Positions 39,204 through 49,438 of a stretch of DNA of 64,000 nucleotides are shown here, piece by piece (positions within the stretch are counted from its first letter, which is position 1; every line of letters starts with the position of its first letter). The notes beneath the pieces were generated by a model. That model saw only the letters and a list, made by a program, of their open reading frames with translations. It did no database searches and was not told the origin of the DNA. This DNA is from Acidobacteriota bacterium (lineage in GTDB: Bacteria; Acidobacteriota; UBA6911; RPQK01; JADFOI01). The stretch lies in the NCBI GenBank assembly GCA_963663035.1, contig OY760074.1:2176001-2240000 (forward strand), read 5' to 3'. Both the position numbers and the translations under genes were made by a program.

Positions 39204-40930
39204 AAGTCTCTGGCAAGATTGGGCACCTGGAAAGAAGAAAAGCTTTCGTCCTCCTACTGCTCGCTGGAATCGTTCTGATAGCTTACGGCGCCGTCGGGCA
39301 CTTCCCATTTATAAATCTCGATGACGATCTGTACATTACAGAGAATGCTCAGGTGCAGCAGGGTCTGTCCTGGGACAGCGTCATGTGGGCCATGACAGCG
39401 TTGGAGGAGGCCTTCTGGCATCCCCTGACATGGCTGTCTCATATGCTGGACTACCAGCTATTCGGATTGAACCCGGCCGGCCATCATCTCACCAACCTGC
39501 TCCTGCACCTGGCCAATGTGCTCCTTCTGTTCGGTGTGCTTCACCTGATGACCGGAGCCGTGTGGCGCAGCGCTTTAGTGGCGGCCTTGTTTGCCCTGCA
39601 CCCCCTCAATGTGGAATCGGTGGCCTGGGTGGCGGAACGCAAGAATGTTTTGAGCACCTTGTTTTGGCTGCTGACTATAGCGGCCTATGTGGGATATGTG
39701 AGAAAGCCTGTCTGGCAGCGCTATGTGGGAATGATGGGCATCTTTGTACTGGGACTCATGGCCAAGCCAATGCTGGTGACCCTGCCCTGTGTGCTACTGC
39801 TGCTGGACTACTGGCCCCTGGGGCGGCTGGGAAAAGAGGGGCAGGGGTTTCAGCGGCGGCTGCCCAGGTTGGTGGTAGAGAAGCTGCCGCTGTTTATTCC
39901 TGTGGCAGCGGTCAGCGTGCTGGCGATTCAGGCGCAGTCACGGGCTGGAGCCCTCCCCTCCTGGGAAGGCCTGCCGCTGGGAACTCGAGTGGCCAACGCC
40001 GTTCTGTCCTATGGGCTTTATCTCAAAAAGATGGTGTGGCCGACGGATCTGGCGGTTTTTTATCCCCATCCGGGCAACTCATGGGAGATCGGGTCGCTGG
40101 CGTTGGCGGTTCTGCTGCTAGGCGGAATCTCGCTGGGAGTATGGTGGCAAGGTCGAAGCTATCGCTATCTGGTGGTGGGATGGCTCTGGTATGTGGGGAC
40201 GCTGTTTCCGGTGAGCGGTCTCATCCAGGTGGGAGGGCACTCCATGGCCGACCGCTACGCCTACGTCCCCCTGATGGGTCTGTTCATCATGGTGGTGTGG
40301 GGCGGCTGGGAGCTGACACAGACTCTAGGCCTGGGCAAGACTTGGCCGGTGAGTGCCAGTCTTGGTGTATTGATGATGATGACAGTGCTTGTACATCTCC
40401 AGCTCAGCTATTGGCGAAGTAGCATTACCCTATTCCAACACGCTCTGGACTCTACTGCGGAAAATCATATAGCCCATTCCAATTTAGGGATCGCATTTCT
40501 TCAAGAGGACAATCTGGATGACGCGATTGAGCATCTTTACAAGGCGATTGAGATTCGGCCAAGGTTTGCTGTGGTTCACAGCAACCTGGGAATCGCTTTG
40601 CGGCGAAAGGGTCTGCTTGACGAGGCCCTCAAACATTCCACCCAAGCAGTCCAGATCGATCCCGAACTTGCCAAAGCTCACAATAACCTGGGAATTGTAT
40701 TATTTCAAAAGGAAAGAGCGAATGACGCCTTGCAGCACTTCCAGAAGGCAGTGGAGATCAAACCTGATTACGCCACGGCTTTCTACAACATGGGCGTCGT
40801 TTTGGAGGGCCAGAAGAAAACGGAGGAGGCCGTCGAATCCTTCCGTCAGGCATTGAAACTGGATCCCCATCACAGTCAGGCACAGCAGCACCTGAACCTC
40901 CTGCTGGCACAAACTGAGCAGGCTCAATGA
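39200..40930 (+). CDS. TMTC-like GT-C membrane glycosyltransferase with about 4 TPRs (copy 3)
   Basis: FINLDDD and the same core motifs; TTG start overlapping the previous stop. Confidence 0.87.
   Translation: MKVSGKIGHLERRKAFVLLLLAGIVLIAYGAVGHFPFINLDDDLYITENAQVQQGLSWDSVMWAMTALEEAFWHPLTWLSHMLDYQLFGLNPAGHHLTNLLLHLANVLLLFGVLHLMTGAVWRSALVAALFALHPLNVESVAWVAERKNVLSTLFWLLTIAAYVGYVRKPVWQRYVGMMGIFVLGLMAKPMLVTLPCVLLLLDYWPLGRLGKEGQGFQRRLPRLVVEKLPLFIPVAAVSVLAIQAQSRAGALPSWEGLPLGTRVANAVLSYGLYLKKMVWPTDLAVFYPHPGNSWEIGSLALAVLLLGGISLGVWWQGRSYRYLVVGWLWYVGTLFPVSGLIQVGGHSMADRYAYVPLMGLFIMVVWGGWELTQTLGLGKTWPVSASLGVLMMMTVLVHLQLSYWRSSITLFQHALDSTAENHIAHSNLGIAFLQEDNLDDAIEHLYKAIEIRPRFAVVHSNLGIALRRKGLLDEALKHSTQAVQIDPELAKAHNNLGIVLFQKERANDALQHFQKAVEIKPDYATAFYNMGVVLEGQKKTEEAVESFRQALKLDPHHSQAQQHLNLLLAQTEQAQ
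39358..40291 (+). repeat. about 930-bp near-identical direct repeat (partner 35315-36248)
   Basis: Constant offset of 4043 nt to the partner. Confidence 0.92.
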
Positions 40931-40968
40931 GGGATGGAGCAAAAAAACTACTCTGTCACCTTTGATCG

Positions 40969-41044
40969 GCCCGCAGGCTAAAGCCTGCGGCTCTGACAGA
41001 GCTGACCAAGAATCCTTCAGAGCCGTGGGCTTTAGCCCACGGGC
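40969..41044. repeat. REP-like palindrome doublet (REPIN-like) between convergent genes
   Basis: CCGCAGGCTAAAGCCTGCGGCTCTGA ... TCAGAGCCGTGGGCTTTAGCCCACGG; same units at 24378-24431. Confidence 0.85.
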
Positions 41045-41139
41045 CTAGAGGTTGCTCAAGGGAGCTCTGATCGCCCCTGAGACTATAAAGGTGAGAGAGT
41101 AGACTCATATATTGTTTCTTTGAGAAACAATATATGAGT

Positions 41140-42372
41140 CTACTCCAACTTGATTCGTCCAAACCTGAGTCGGCCCACTCTCAGGATGAAAGCTGGCTTT
41201 TGCTTGGGATCAATTTGGTAGCTGGGATCTGGGATTTTTTCTCCGTCTATGGAAACCGCTGCCTGGCGTATAAGACGTCGAGCCTCCGACTTGGATGAGG
41301 CGAAATCGACCTGCGCAATCAAATCGGGAAGTGCTACCGGCCCCCCCCCAGTCTGAACTTGAAAAGTGGGCATCTCCTCGGGCTCCTCTCCTTGCTGAAA
41401 AACACGAGTGAACTGTTCCTGTACCTCTCGCGCAGCCTGTCCAGAGTGAAGATCGCTCACCAGCCTGAAAGCTAGATCGCCTTTGGCTTTCATAGGATGC
41501 ACTGAGCCAGATTCCACCTTCGATCTCAACCCCTGAATCTCATCTTGAGGTAGATCGGTGAGAAGCTCGTAGTAGTTCCACATCAATGAATCACTGATCG
41601 ACATCACCTTGCCATAAATCTCCTGAGCAGCTTCTTTGATCCCAATGTCGTTCCCAAACGACTTGCTCATCTTCTCGACCCCGTCCAACCCTTCCAGGAT
41701 AGGAGTCATCAGCAGCACCTGGGGTTGCTGTCCGAACTCTCGCTGTATATCACGCCCCACCAGGAGGTTGAATTTTTGATCGGTTCCACCCAGCTCGATA
41801 TCTGCCTTCAGAAAAACGCTGTCGTAGGCCTGAGCCAAAGGGTAAAGAAGTTCATGGATCGAGATGGGTCGCTGGGCTGCTATCCTTTTGGAGAAATCAT
41901 CACGCTCGAGCATGCGGGCAACGGTGTATTTGGCACACAGCCGAATCCACTCCTGGGAGGACAAGGCATCCAACCAGCGACTGTTGAAGTCGAGGACCGT
42001 CTTGTCCCTGTCCAGGATCTTGAAGACTTGTTCTTCGTAGGTTTCAGCGTTTTCAAGCACTTCTTCTCGGGTTAAAGGTGGGCGGGTCTTGTTTCTACCC
42101 GTAGGATCTCCGATCTGGGCGGTGAAGTCTCCGATGAGAAAAATAACGCGGTGACCGAGATCCTGAAAGTGCTTCATTTTACGAAGCAACACGGTGTGGC
42201 CAAGGTGCAGATCGGGTGCCGTAGGATCCATTCCTACTTTAACGGTGAGTGGCTTGCCGGTTTTTTGGGATATCTCAAGCTTTTGGCGAAGCTCTTTCTC
42301 GGTAATGGTCTCGGCAGTACCCTTTAAAAGATACGCCACCTGCTCATCAAGAGTTCTGTTGGCAGTGTCCAT
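41140..42372 (-). CDS. tyrS: tyrosine--tRNA ligase
   Basis: [27 protein letters not shown]4 domain. Confidence 0.97.
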   Translation of the reverse strand: MDTANRTLDEQVAYLLKGTAETITEKELRQKLEISQKTGKPLTVKVGMDPTAPDLHLGHTVLLRKMKHFQDLGHRVIFLIGDFTAQIGDPTGRNKTRPPLTREEVLENAETYEEQVFKILDRDKTVLDFNSRWLDALSSQEWIRLCAKYTVARMLERDDFSKRIAAQRPISIHELLYPLAQAYDSVFLKADIELGGTDQKFNLLVGRDIQREFGQQPQVLLMTPILEGLDGVEKMSKSFGNDIGIKEAAQEIYGKVMSISDSLMWNYYELLTDLPQDEIQGLRSKVESGSVHPMKAKGDLAFRLVSDLHSGQAAREVQEQFTRVFQQGEEPEEMPTFQVQTGGGPVALPDLIAQVDFASSKSEARRLIRQAAVSIDGEKIPDPSYQIDPKQKPAFILRVGRLRFGRIKLE

Positions 42373-42423
42373 GAGGCTCGTCTATTATAGAACTTGTCGC
42401 GAGGTCAGACCCTGCTATTTGCC

Positions 42424-42603
42424 ATGAAGGAAGAAGAACGAGAAACAGAACTAAAGGAATTGAAAATCAAAGCTGAATGTTTCGACCGGATCGTCGAGAA
42501 ATTCAAGAGTCTTCAGGCCGACGCTGGCTTCTACAGCAAGAACTGGGTGGAATTAGCCGAAGTGATTGAGGCTGCAATAGAAAGATCCCATCCAGGTCAA
42601 TGA
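42424..42603 (+). CDS. small hypothetical helical protein (59 aa)
   Basis: Fills the tyrS-ftsZ gap; protein-like amphipathic composition; no recognised family. Confidence 0.55.
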   Translation: MKEEERETELKELKIKAECFDRIVEKFKSLQADAGFYSKNWVELAEVIEAAIERSHPGQ

Positions 42604-42614
42604 TGTTGAGTGCA

Positions 42615-43772
42615 CTAAGGCTCTGCCTTCTTCCGCAGAAAGGCAGGGACATCCAGTTCGTCCTCAGACTGTGAACGACTCGCGTGAATCAGAACCGGCT
42701 CTCGGGTCGTAAGGCTGCCTCCCTCGTCCTGCTTGGCCCTGCCCGGTTGGCGTCTGAAGGACAATGAATCTTCCATTTCCTCCTCGTCAAATCCGGTGGC
42801 AATGACCGTAATCTTGAGTTTGTCTTTCATCTGATCATCAAAGACCGAGCCGAAGATGATATTAGCATCGGGGTGGGCTGCATCCTGAACAATACGGCTT
42901 GCCTCGCTCACCTCATATAAGGTCATGTCTCGGCTACCCGTGATGTTGATCAGAACACCGCGAGCACCCTGGATGGTCGTGTCCTCGAGAAGCGGGCTGT
43001 TGATGGCTTTTCGTGCCGCGGTCTCGGCCCTGCTGTCTCCCTCGGCCACACCCGTTCCCATCAAGGCCATGCCCATTCCGGTAACGATGGTTTTAACATC
43101 GGCGAAGTCCAGGTTAATCACACCTGGAATGGTGATCAGATCGCTGATCCCCTGAACGGCCTGGCGCAACACATCATCGGCAAACTTAAATGCATCAACC
43201 AGGGAGGTACACTGAGGTACCGTGGTGAGGAGCCTTTCATTGGGAATAGTAATAACTGTGTCGGCACCCTCTCTCAACTCGACAACGGCCTGTTCTGCCT
43301 GGGACATTCGCTTTTTCCCTTCAAAAAGGAAGGGTTTGGTGACGACGGCCACTGTCAAAGCGCCCAATTCAGCCGAGAGGCTGGCTACGATGGGGGCGCT
43401 GCCCCCTCCCGTGCCACCGCCCAATCCAGCGGTAACAAACACCATATCGGCACCTTCCAGCAGCTCAATGATCTTTTCAGTATCCTCCAAGGCAGCTTGA
43501 CGGCCCACTTCGGGATTGGCTCCTGCTCCCAGCCCCTTAGTCAACTTGGCTCCCAGCTGGAGTTTCACCGGTGCATTGGACTGCCTCAAGGCCTGGAGAT
43601 CGGTGTTGGCGGAGATAAATTCCACCCCCTCGATGCCAGCCTCAATCATGCGGTTGACAGCATTACAGCCTCCGCCTCCAATCCCGATCACTTTGATCGA
43701 CGCCCCCGTCGCTCCTTCGTCGAATGACAGCCGGATGTCCCTATCTTTCTCATCAAACTGCAAATTACTCAT
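42615..43772 (-). CDS. ftsZ: cell division protein FtsZ
   Basis: [34 protein letters not shown]-terminal DVPAFLRK. Confidence 0.97.
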   Translation of the reverse strand: MSNLQFDEKDRDIRLSFDEGATGASIKVIGIGGGGCNAVNRMIEAGIEGVEFISANTDLQALRQSNAPVKLQLGAKLTKGLGAGANPEVGRQAALEDTEKIIELLEGADMVFVTAGLGGGTGGGSAPIVASLSAELGALTVAVVTKPFLFEGKKRMSQAEQAVVELREGADTVITIPNERLLTTVPQCTSLVDAFKFADDVLRQAVQGISDLITIPGVINLDFADVKTIVTGMGMALMGTGVAEGDSRAETAARKAINSPLLEDTTIQGARGVLINITGSRDMTLYEVSEASRIVQDAAHPDANIIFGSVFDDQMKDKLKITVIATGFDEEEMEDSLSFRRQPGRAKQDEGGSLTTREPVLIHASRSQSEDELDVPAFLRKKAEP

Positions 43773-43797
43773 GACAGCCTCCTCGGGAGCACACGCT

Positions 43798-45039
43798 TTA
43801 TCCGATCTTCTGCAGAAGCCAGTTACGGACTCTGAGTCCGGTGTCCCTGCGGCGGGCTCCTAGCATTGCCACTGGCTTGGCCACAACCGGGCTTGCAACG
43901 TCCTGGGTGTATCTTAAGAGCCCTAGAGAAGTCGAGTAAGAGGGGTGAAAAGCAGAATGATCGTGAGAGAGGACATTGACGGGATAACCCACTCGAACGG
44001 ACATCCCCAGCATCTGTTCAGTCCGGTCGGTCATACCGTCCATCAGAGACCCTCCCCCAGTCATCACCACTCCCGTGACCAGTTCCTTTTGCACTCCTAC
44101 CTGCTTGATCGTGGAATCCACTGCTTTGATAATCTCATCGCAGCGAGCCTGGATAATCTGACATAGTCGTCGCCGCGAAAGCGTGCGCCGACTACCTGAA
44201 CCGACTTCGCTCACTTCGATCAGCTCCTCAGCTGGAACACTCTCGGGAAAGACGCTGCCCACTGATCGTTTAAGCTGCTCCGCTTCCTCGAGCGGAGCCT
44301 TCATGCCGATGGCAATGTCCTTGGTGATCAAATCTCCCCCCAGGGGGAGCACCACGGAGTGCCAGATACTCCCCTGGTTGTAAACCGCAATATCTGTTGT
44401 CCCACCTCCAATATCCACCAGGACAGTTCCCAGCTCCTTCTCATCGGAGCTCAGGACGGCTTCAGCGGAGGCCAACTGCTGCATCACTACACCATTGACC
44501 AGAACTCCGGCCTTGTTGATAGCGTTAACGATGTTGTGCACCACAGCCGAGGCATTCAGGACCAGGTGCATAGACACCGAGAGATGCCGACCATTCATGC
44601 CCAGCGGATCGACGACCCCCTCAAGCCCATCCACATTGAAGTCTCGGGTCAGAACGTGGATGACCTGGTAGTCCTCCCCCACATCGAGGTCAGTTGCAGC
44701 AGACACTGCCCGATTGACATCGTCTCTGGTGATCTCACCGTCTTTACCGTGAACCTCCGTCTCCCCCGAACTGTTGACCCCACGGATATAGGCTCCCCCG
44801 ACACTCACATAGGCAGACTCGATCACTATTTGCGACTGTTTCTCAGCCTCCTCCAGAGAAGCCCTGATGCTTTCGACGGTCTCGGAGAGATTGACAACAA
44901 TACCCTTCTTCAGCCCCCTGGATCGAGCCCACCCGGTACCCAGGATTTCGATCTTGTTATTTTCAGTTCTGGCACAGGTAGAACAGATTTTGGTGGTACC
45001 GACGTCAATGCCAGCCACCAGCTGCTTCTTTTTCGCCAT
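43798..45039 (-). CDS. ftsA: cell division protein FtsA
   Basis: [31 protein letters not shown]; ATG 45039 with GAGG SD. Confidence 0.95.
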   Translation of the reverse strand: MAKKKQLVAGIDVGTTKICSTCARTENNKIEILGTGWARSRGLKKGIVVNLSETVESIRASLEEAEKQSQIVIESAYVSVGGAYIRGVNSSGETEVHGKDGEITRDDVNRAVSAATDLDVGEDYQVIHVLTRDFNVDGLEGVVDPLGMNGRHLSVSMHLVLNASAVVHNIVNAINKAGVLVNGVVMQQLASAEAVLSSDEKELGTVLVDIGGGTTDIAVYNQGSIWHSVVLPLGGDLITKDIAIGMKAPLEEAEQLKRSVGSVFPESVPAEELIEVSEVGSGSRRTLSRRRLCQIIQARCDEIIKAVDSTIKQVGVQKELVTGVVMTGGGSLMDGMTDRTEQMLGMSVRVGYPVNVLSHDHSAFHPSYSTSLGLLRYTQDVASPVVAKPVAMLGARRRDTGLRVRNWLLQKIG

Positions 45040-45056
45040 ACTCAAGTGCCTCGCAC

Positions 45057-45908
45057 TCAAGATTGATTGCTCGTTTGCGCCGTCACTGTTTCCCCTTTTT
45101 CCCCTGAAGTGTGGAAGATGATTCTGTCATCATAGGTCACATCGACGGACTCGATGATCCCGTACTCCTTCTTCAAGCGGTCGTACAGATCCTTCTGAGA
45201 GATAAAGGTCTCGTAGCGAGTTAAAAAGTGGTTGTCCCCAAGGAAGATGAGGATGGGATCATCATCGGGAATAACCGCCACATGCTCTGGGGCGGCTACG
45301 TCGATCTCCGAGATCGAGTGGTTATAAGAGTGCAGTTCCTCCAGTACCCGCAAATACATCTGCATCCTGAGGGCGTTTTCTTCCCTTGCATTCTCTCGTG
45401 CAACATTCTTCAATCCCCTCACAATCGGCTTGTCGATCGACTGGTGGCTGGGACCGGGGCGGTCCAATACCACTCCTTCCCGGTCAACCACGTAAAGTTC
45501 ATTGTCGATGGCCGCCAGGGCCACTGACTGCCGTTCACGAACGTGGATAAAGAGCTGGTTGGGAAGCTTGCGACGGATGGTGGCCTCCTTGACCCAAGAT
45601 TCTGATTCCACCAGATCCCGAATGCGATCCAGGTTGAGGGACATCAGGTTTTCGGGAATGCTCTGATAAATGAGCGAGTCCAGGGCCTGCCGGTCCAGGT
45701 GAGACAAACCCTCATAGTGGATCTCCGTGAGCTGAAAGAGCTTCGTCACCTCAGGAGGGTGACGGGAGTAATCCAGGGAATAGGCTCCCACCAAAACAAT
45801 GAGGCCCACCAGCACAACGCGACCGCAGACGATTGCAATCGCCTTGAGTTTCATTCGAATGTCAGTTCTTCCCTGATTCAAGGAAAGCTTCTCCGATCTT
45901 CCAAACAT
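45057..45908 (-). CDS. ftsQ: cell division protein FtsQ/DivIB
   Basis: Single TM, POTRA pattern WVKEATIRRKLPNQL..VRER; dcw position. Confidence 0.88.
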   Translation of the reverse strand: MFGRSEKLSLNQGRTDIRMKLKAIAIVCGRVVLVGLIVLVGAYSLDYSRHPPEVTKLFQLTEIHYEGLSHLDRQALDSLIYQSIPENLMSLNLDRIRDLVESESWVKEATIRRKLPNQLFIHVRERQSVALAAIDNELYVVDREGVVLDRPGPSHQSIDKPIVRGLKNVARENAREENALRMQMYLRVLEELHSYNHSISEIDVAAPEHVAVIPDDDPILIFLGDNHFLTRYETFISQKDLYDRLKKEYGIIESVDVTYDDRIIFHTSGEKGETVTAQTSNQS

Positions 45909-47232
45909 TTCCTGCCCCCAGTGTAAGTAACAAATCGCCCGCCTTTGTTTCTCTTCTCAGATCTGCGAGCAATTCTTGTGTGTTCGGCATGTATTTGACC
46001 TGACGATGGCGGCCAATCCCCCGCGCAAGCTGCTCAGAGGTCACACCAGGAATAGGATTCTCGCCAGCCGGGTAGATATCCATCAAATAGAGCACATCCG
46101 CATCGTCAAAGCACTGGCTCATCTCTTCCATCAGGTGCTGTGTACGGGTATAGCGATGGGGTTGAAACACGACTACAGTGCGGCGCCCGCCCATTTTGCA
46201 CGCCCCCAGGGTGGCCCGAATCTCTGCCGGGTGATGTCCATAGTCATCGATAACCCACACGCTGTGTTTCTCTCCCTTCCATTGGAGCCGTCTCTCTACC
46301 CCCCGGAAGGCCGCCAGTGAGCGCTGGATGACTTCGAAAGGCGCCTCAATCAGCTGCCGACCGACAGCCACTGCGGCCAGAGAGTTCAAAACATTGTGCC
46401 GTCCTGGAACATGGAGTTCGATTCGTCCTAAGCAGTTACCCTGCTCATAGCAGTCATAACTGGACTTCAGCCACCCTAACTCCAACCGCTGGGCACACAT
46501 ACCAGTCTCTGGCTCCAACCCGTAGGTTACCACCCGGCGGTGAAGTTTTTTCAGAACCGGTCCCAAATTGACATCCTCTCCACAAGCCACCACCAGGCCA
46601 TCACTAGCCGTCTGATTCAAGTGTTCTAGAAAAGTTTCTTGAAGGTCTTCAAGGTCGCGGTACTCATCCATGTGGTCCAGGCCTATATTGGTAACAACGC
46701 TGCAGACCGGAGAGAGTCTGAGAAAACTGCGATCACTTTCATCAGCTTCCGCCACAAACCACTCCCCTTCTCCTGGTCGAACATTGCCCCCAATTGCCTC
46801 AAAGCGGGCTCCAATGACAATGGTGGGGTCCAACCCCGCCTCCAGCAACATCAAGGCGATCATGGAGGTTGTGGTGGTTTTACCGTGCGTGCCTGCTATG
46901 GTGATCCCTTTCTTCTCGCTCATCAGCTCGGCCAGCATCTCACCCCGCGAAATCACGGGCAGCTGCCGGTCTTGAGCCAAAACCAACTCCGGACTTTCCG
47001 GTGGCACGGCACTGGAAAAGACGACCGCTTCTGCCTCTTCCAGATTACGGGCATCATGCCCGATGGAAATTCGGGCGCCCTTTTGGCGCAGCCTATCCAC
47101 TAACGCACTTTCCTCAAGGTCCGATCCTGAGACCTCATAGCCTTCACAAAGCAAAAGTTCAGCCAGACCACTCATGCCGATCCCGCCGATTCCCACAAAG
47201 TGAAATTTCCTCAGTCCTGAAATACCCATCAC
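45862..47232 (-). CDS. murC: UDP-N-acetylmuramate--L-alanine ligase
   Basis: HFVGIGGIGMSG, GTHGKTTT, EADESD, DDYGHHP, FQPHRY. Confidence 0.96.
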   Translation of the reverse strand: MMGISGLRKFHFVGIGGIGMSGLAELLLCEGYEVSGSDLEESALVDRLRQKGARISIGHDARNLEEAEAVVFSSAVPPESPELVLAQDRQLPVISRGEMLAELMSEKKGITIAGTHGKTTTTSMIALMLLEAGLDPTIVIGARFEAIGGNVRPGEGEWFVAEADESDRSFLRLSPVCSVVTNIGLDHMDEYRDLEDLQETFLEHLNQTASDGLVVACGEDVNLGPVLKKLHRRVVTYGLEPETGMCAQRLELGWLKSSYDCYEQGNCLGRIELHVPGRHNVLNSLAAVAVGRQLIEAPFEVIQRSLAAFRGVERRLQWKGEKHSVWVIDDYGHHPAEIRATLGACKMGGRRTVVVFQPHRYTRTQHLMEEMSQCFDDADVLYLMDIYPAGENPIPGVTSEQLARGIGRHRQVKYMPNTQELLADLRRETKAGDLLLTLGAGNVWKIGEAFLESGKN

Positions 47233-48305
47233 TCTTTTAGAACCAGCTCTTCCATGAACTCAATGATCCTGCGTCGACTGTCGTGATGAGCAAACCGCCG
47301 GCTGGCTTGTGCCATTTGATGGAGACGTGGACGGTCCTTTGCCAACTCCACGAGAAGGCTGGCCAGCTCCTGACCGGTGGTCTCTGACTGCTCCAGGGAC
47401 AGAGCTGCCTCTTTCTCCACAAGGGCTTGGGCATTCCTGCGCTGATGATCGTCGGCAGCATGGGGCAGAGGAATCAGGACAGCGGGTCTTCCAGCCGCTG
47501 CAATCTCAGCCACTGTCGAAGCACCGGCGCGCGACAGAATCAGGTCGGCACGATCGAAGTAGGCCGGCATGTCTTGAATAAAATCGATCACCTCTGCCTC
47601 GAAACCCGCTTGTTTATATCTCTCCTTCACCGAAAAATAGTCACCAAGGCCGGTCTGATGAACAACCGTGATCTCACCGGAAGGCAGAAATGGGAGTGCC
47701 TCACACACTAATCGGTTTATGGGACTGCTTCCCTGGCTACCGCCGAAAATGAGCAAGCGAAGCGGCCCACTGGTTGCAATCTTTGAACTGATCTGGTGAA
47801 ATTCCTGCCGGACTGGAATTCCGGTCAGTCGGGCCTTGTTCCCAAACGGCTGGACCGTCTCCTCAAAGGCCACCGCCGCCCCATCCACCCAGCGTGCCAG
47901 AACACGGTTAGTAAAGCCAGGTTGGACATTGGGTTCGATGAGCAAGGAGGGCAGCCCAACGGTCCTACCGGCCAGCATGATCGGACCCGAGACATACCCC
48001 CCCAGGCCGACGATGATGGATGGACAGAAATCTTTGATTATTCTCATAGATGAGAGCAGGCTTCCTGGAATCTGCAGGACAGTGGCAGCCGCCCTGAAGA
48101 GCCCCACACCTTTAAAACCCCCGATTTTTATGGTCTGAAATCGAAAACCCAGGGCCGCTACAATATCTTTTCCCATGCCTCCTCTAGCACCCACAAAGAG
48201 CACTTCAACATCGGGTTTTTGCTTCTTGAGTTCCCTGGCCAGGGCCACCGCCATAAAAATATGCCCGCCCGTCCCCCCACCGGCGAAAAGAACACGCTCA
48301 ATCAT
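47229..48305 (-). CDS. murG: undecaprenyl-PP-MurNAc-pentapeptide GlcNAc transferase
   Basis: GGGTGGH, GGYVS, GGSQG, RAGAST, HQRRNA. Confidence 0.96.
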   Translation of the reverse strand: MIERVLFAGGGTGGHIFMAVALARELKKQKPDVEVLFVGARGGMGKDIVAALGFRFQTIKIGGFKGVGLFRAAATVLQIPGSLLSSMRIIKDFCPSIIVGLGGYVSGPIMLAGRTVGLPSLLIEPNVQPGFTNRVLARWVDGAAVAFEETVQPFGNKARLTGIPVRQEFHQISSKIATSGPLRLLIFGGSQGSSPINRLVCEALPFLPSGEITVVHQTGLGDYFSVKERYKQAGFEAEVIDFIQDMPAYFDRADLILSRAGASTVAEIAAAGRPAVLIPLPHAADDHQRRNAQALVEKEAALSLEQSETTGQELASLLVELAKDRPRLHQMAQASRRFAHHDSRRRIIEFMEELVLKE

Positions 48306-49432
48306 TGATCACTAAACTTCATATCTCGGAGCGCTGCGCCCCGGCCCTGACGGGAGATATTCAACAGAATCCCGACTGCAGCCATGGTCATGATCATGGA
48401 GGAACCGCCCACGGAGACAAACGGTAGGGGAAGTCCTTTGGTGGGCAGAAGACTGATGACCATGCTCATATTCACGAAGGCCTGAAAGACGATCATGCAG
48501 GCAATTCCCAAGCCCAAATAAGTTCCAAACGCACTCTCCGCGCGCACGGCAATTCGGGTCCCTCTCCAAAAGAGCAACCCAAAGAGAACCAGTACGGTTA
48601 AGCACCCCAAGAATCCGAATTCTTCTCCTACCACGGCATAAATAAAATCGGTGTGGGGTTCGGGCAGAAAGAATAATTTCTGTTTGCCCTGGGCATAACC
48701 AAGACCGTTCCACCCTCCCGAGCCTACCGCAATTAAGCTCTGACGAATCTGATAACCGATTCCATAGGGATCCAGTTCTGGATCCAGGAAAGCCAAAACA
48801 CGGTTGAGACGATAAGGGACCAGGACGACCAGAAAATACAGGGTGGGAATGACGGCCAGTATCAGGCCCAGTAGATAACGATAACGCAGCCCTCCCAAAT
48901 AGAGCAGGAAAGTTGCAGTGAGAGCAATGCTTGCAGCAGTACCTAAATCCGGCTCTATCAGTACCAGGAAGACCACCGTTCCGACAACAGCCAGGTAAGG
49001 GAGCACGCCTCGTTTGAAGGTGTGCAGCTCCTCCTTTCGAGTGGCCAGGTAAAAGGAACTAAACAGGACAACGGCGAGTTTGGCCAATTCTGAGGGTTGA
49101 AAATTGGCTGGTCCGAATCTGATCCAACGCTGAACTCCATTGGATCCTGGCACCAAGAGAAGGAAAACCAAAAGCACCAGGCTCAAGGTCACCAGAGAAT
49201 AGATCACGGTGCGCCGCTCGTAGAAGTGGTAGTCGATTTTCATGCTCACCATGAGGGTCACGAGTCCCAGGACGACAAAAAGAAGCTGGCGCGTGAAAAT
49301 CCAGGTCTGCGACCCGTAGAGTTCAGCTGAAACCACTGTTGAGGCAGTGAAAACCATGATTAAACCGAAGCCCAGAAGAGCCAGTACAATCACTATCAAT
49401 CCTTGATCGTAGGGAATTCTCCGGTTCATCAT
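48302..49432 (-). CDS. ftsW: peptidoglycan polymerase FtsW
   Basis: RWI, QPSELAK, EPDLG, LPEPHTDFI, GEEFG, KGLPLPFVSVGGSS. Confidence 0.95.
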   Translation of the reverse strand: MMNRRIPYDQGLIVIVLALLGFGLIMVFTASTVVSAELYGSQTWIFTRQLLFVVLGLVTLMVSMKIDYHFYERRTVIYSLVTLSLVLLVFLLLVPGSNGVQRWIRFGPANFQPSELAKLAVVLFSSFYLATRKEELHTFKRGVLPYLAVVGTVVFLVLIEPDLGTAASIALTATFLLYLGGLRYRYLLGLILAVIPTLYFLVVLVPYRLNRVLAFLDPELDPYGIGYQIRQSLIAVGSGGWNGLGYAQGKQKLFFLPEPHTDFIYAVVGEEFGFLGCLTVLVLFGLLFWRGTRIAVRAESAFGTYLGLGIACMIVFQAFVNMSMVISLLPTKGLPLPFVSVGGSSMIMTMAAVGILLNISRQGRGAALRDMKFSDQ

Positions 49433-49438
49433 CAGAGG

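Noticed and set aside
35315-40291. Diversity-generating retroelement TR/VR pair
   Set aside because: Mismatches are not confined to adenines, many are synonymous, the repeat is too long, and there is no reverse transcriptase in the window
39385-40422. Long alternative-frame ORFs (345 aa here; 288 aa at 35342-36208)
   Set aside because: Shadows of CTG/GTG-rich membrane-protein codons; they recur only because the DNA is duplicated
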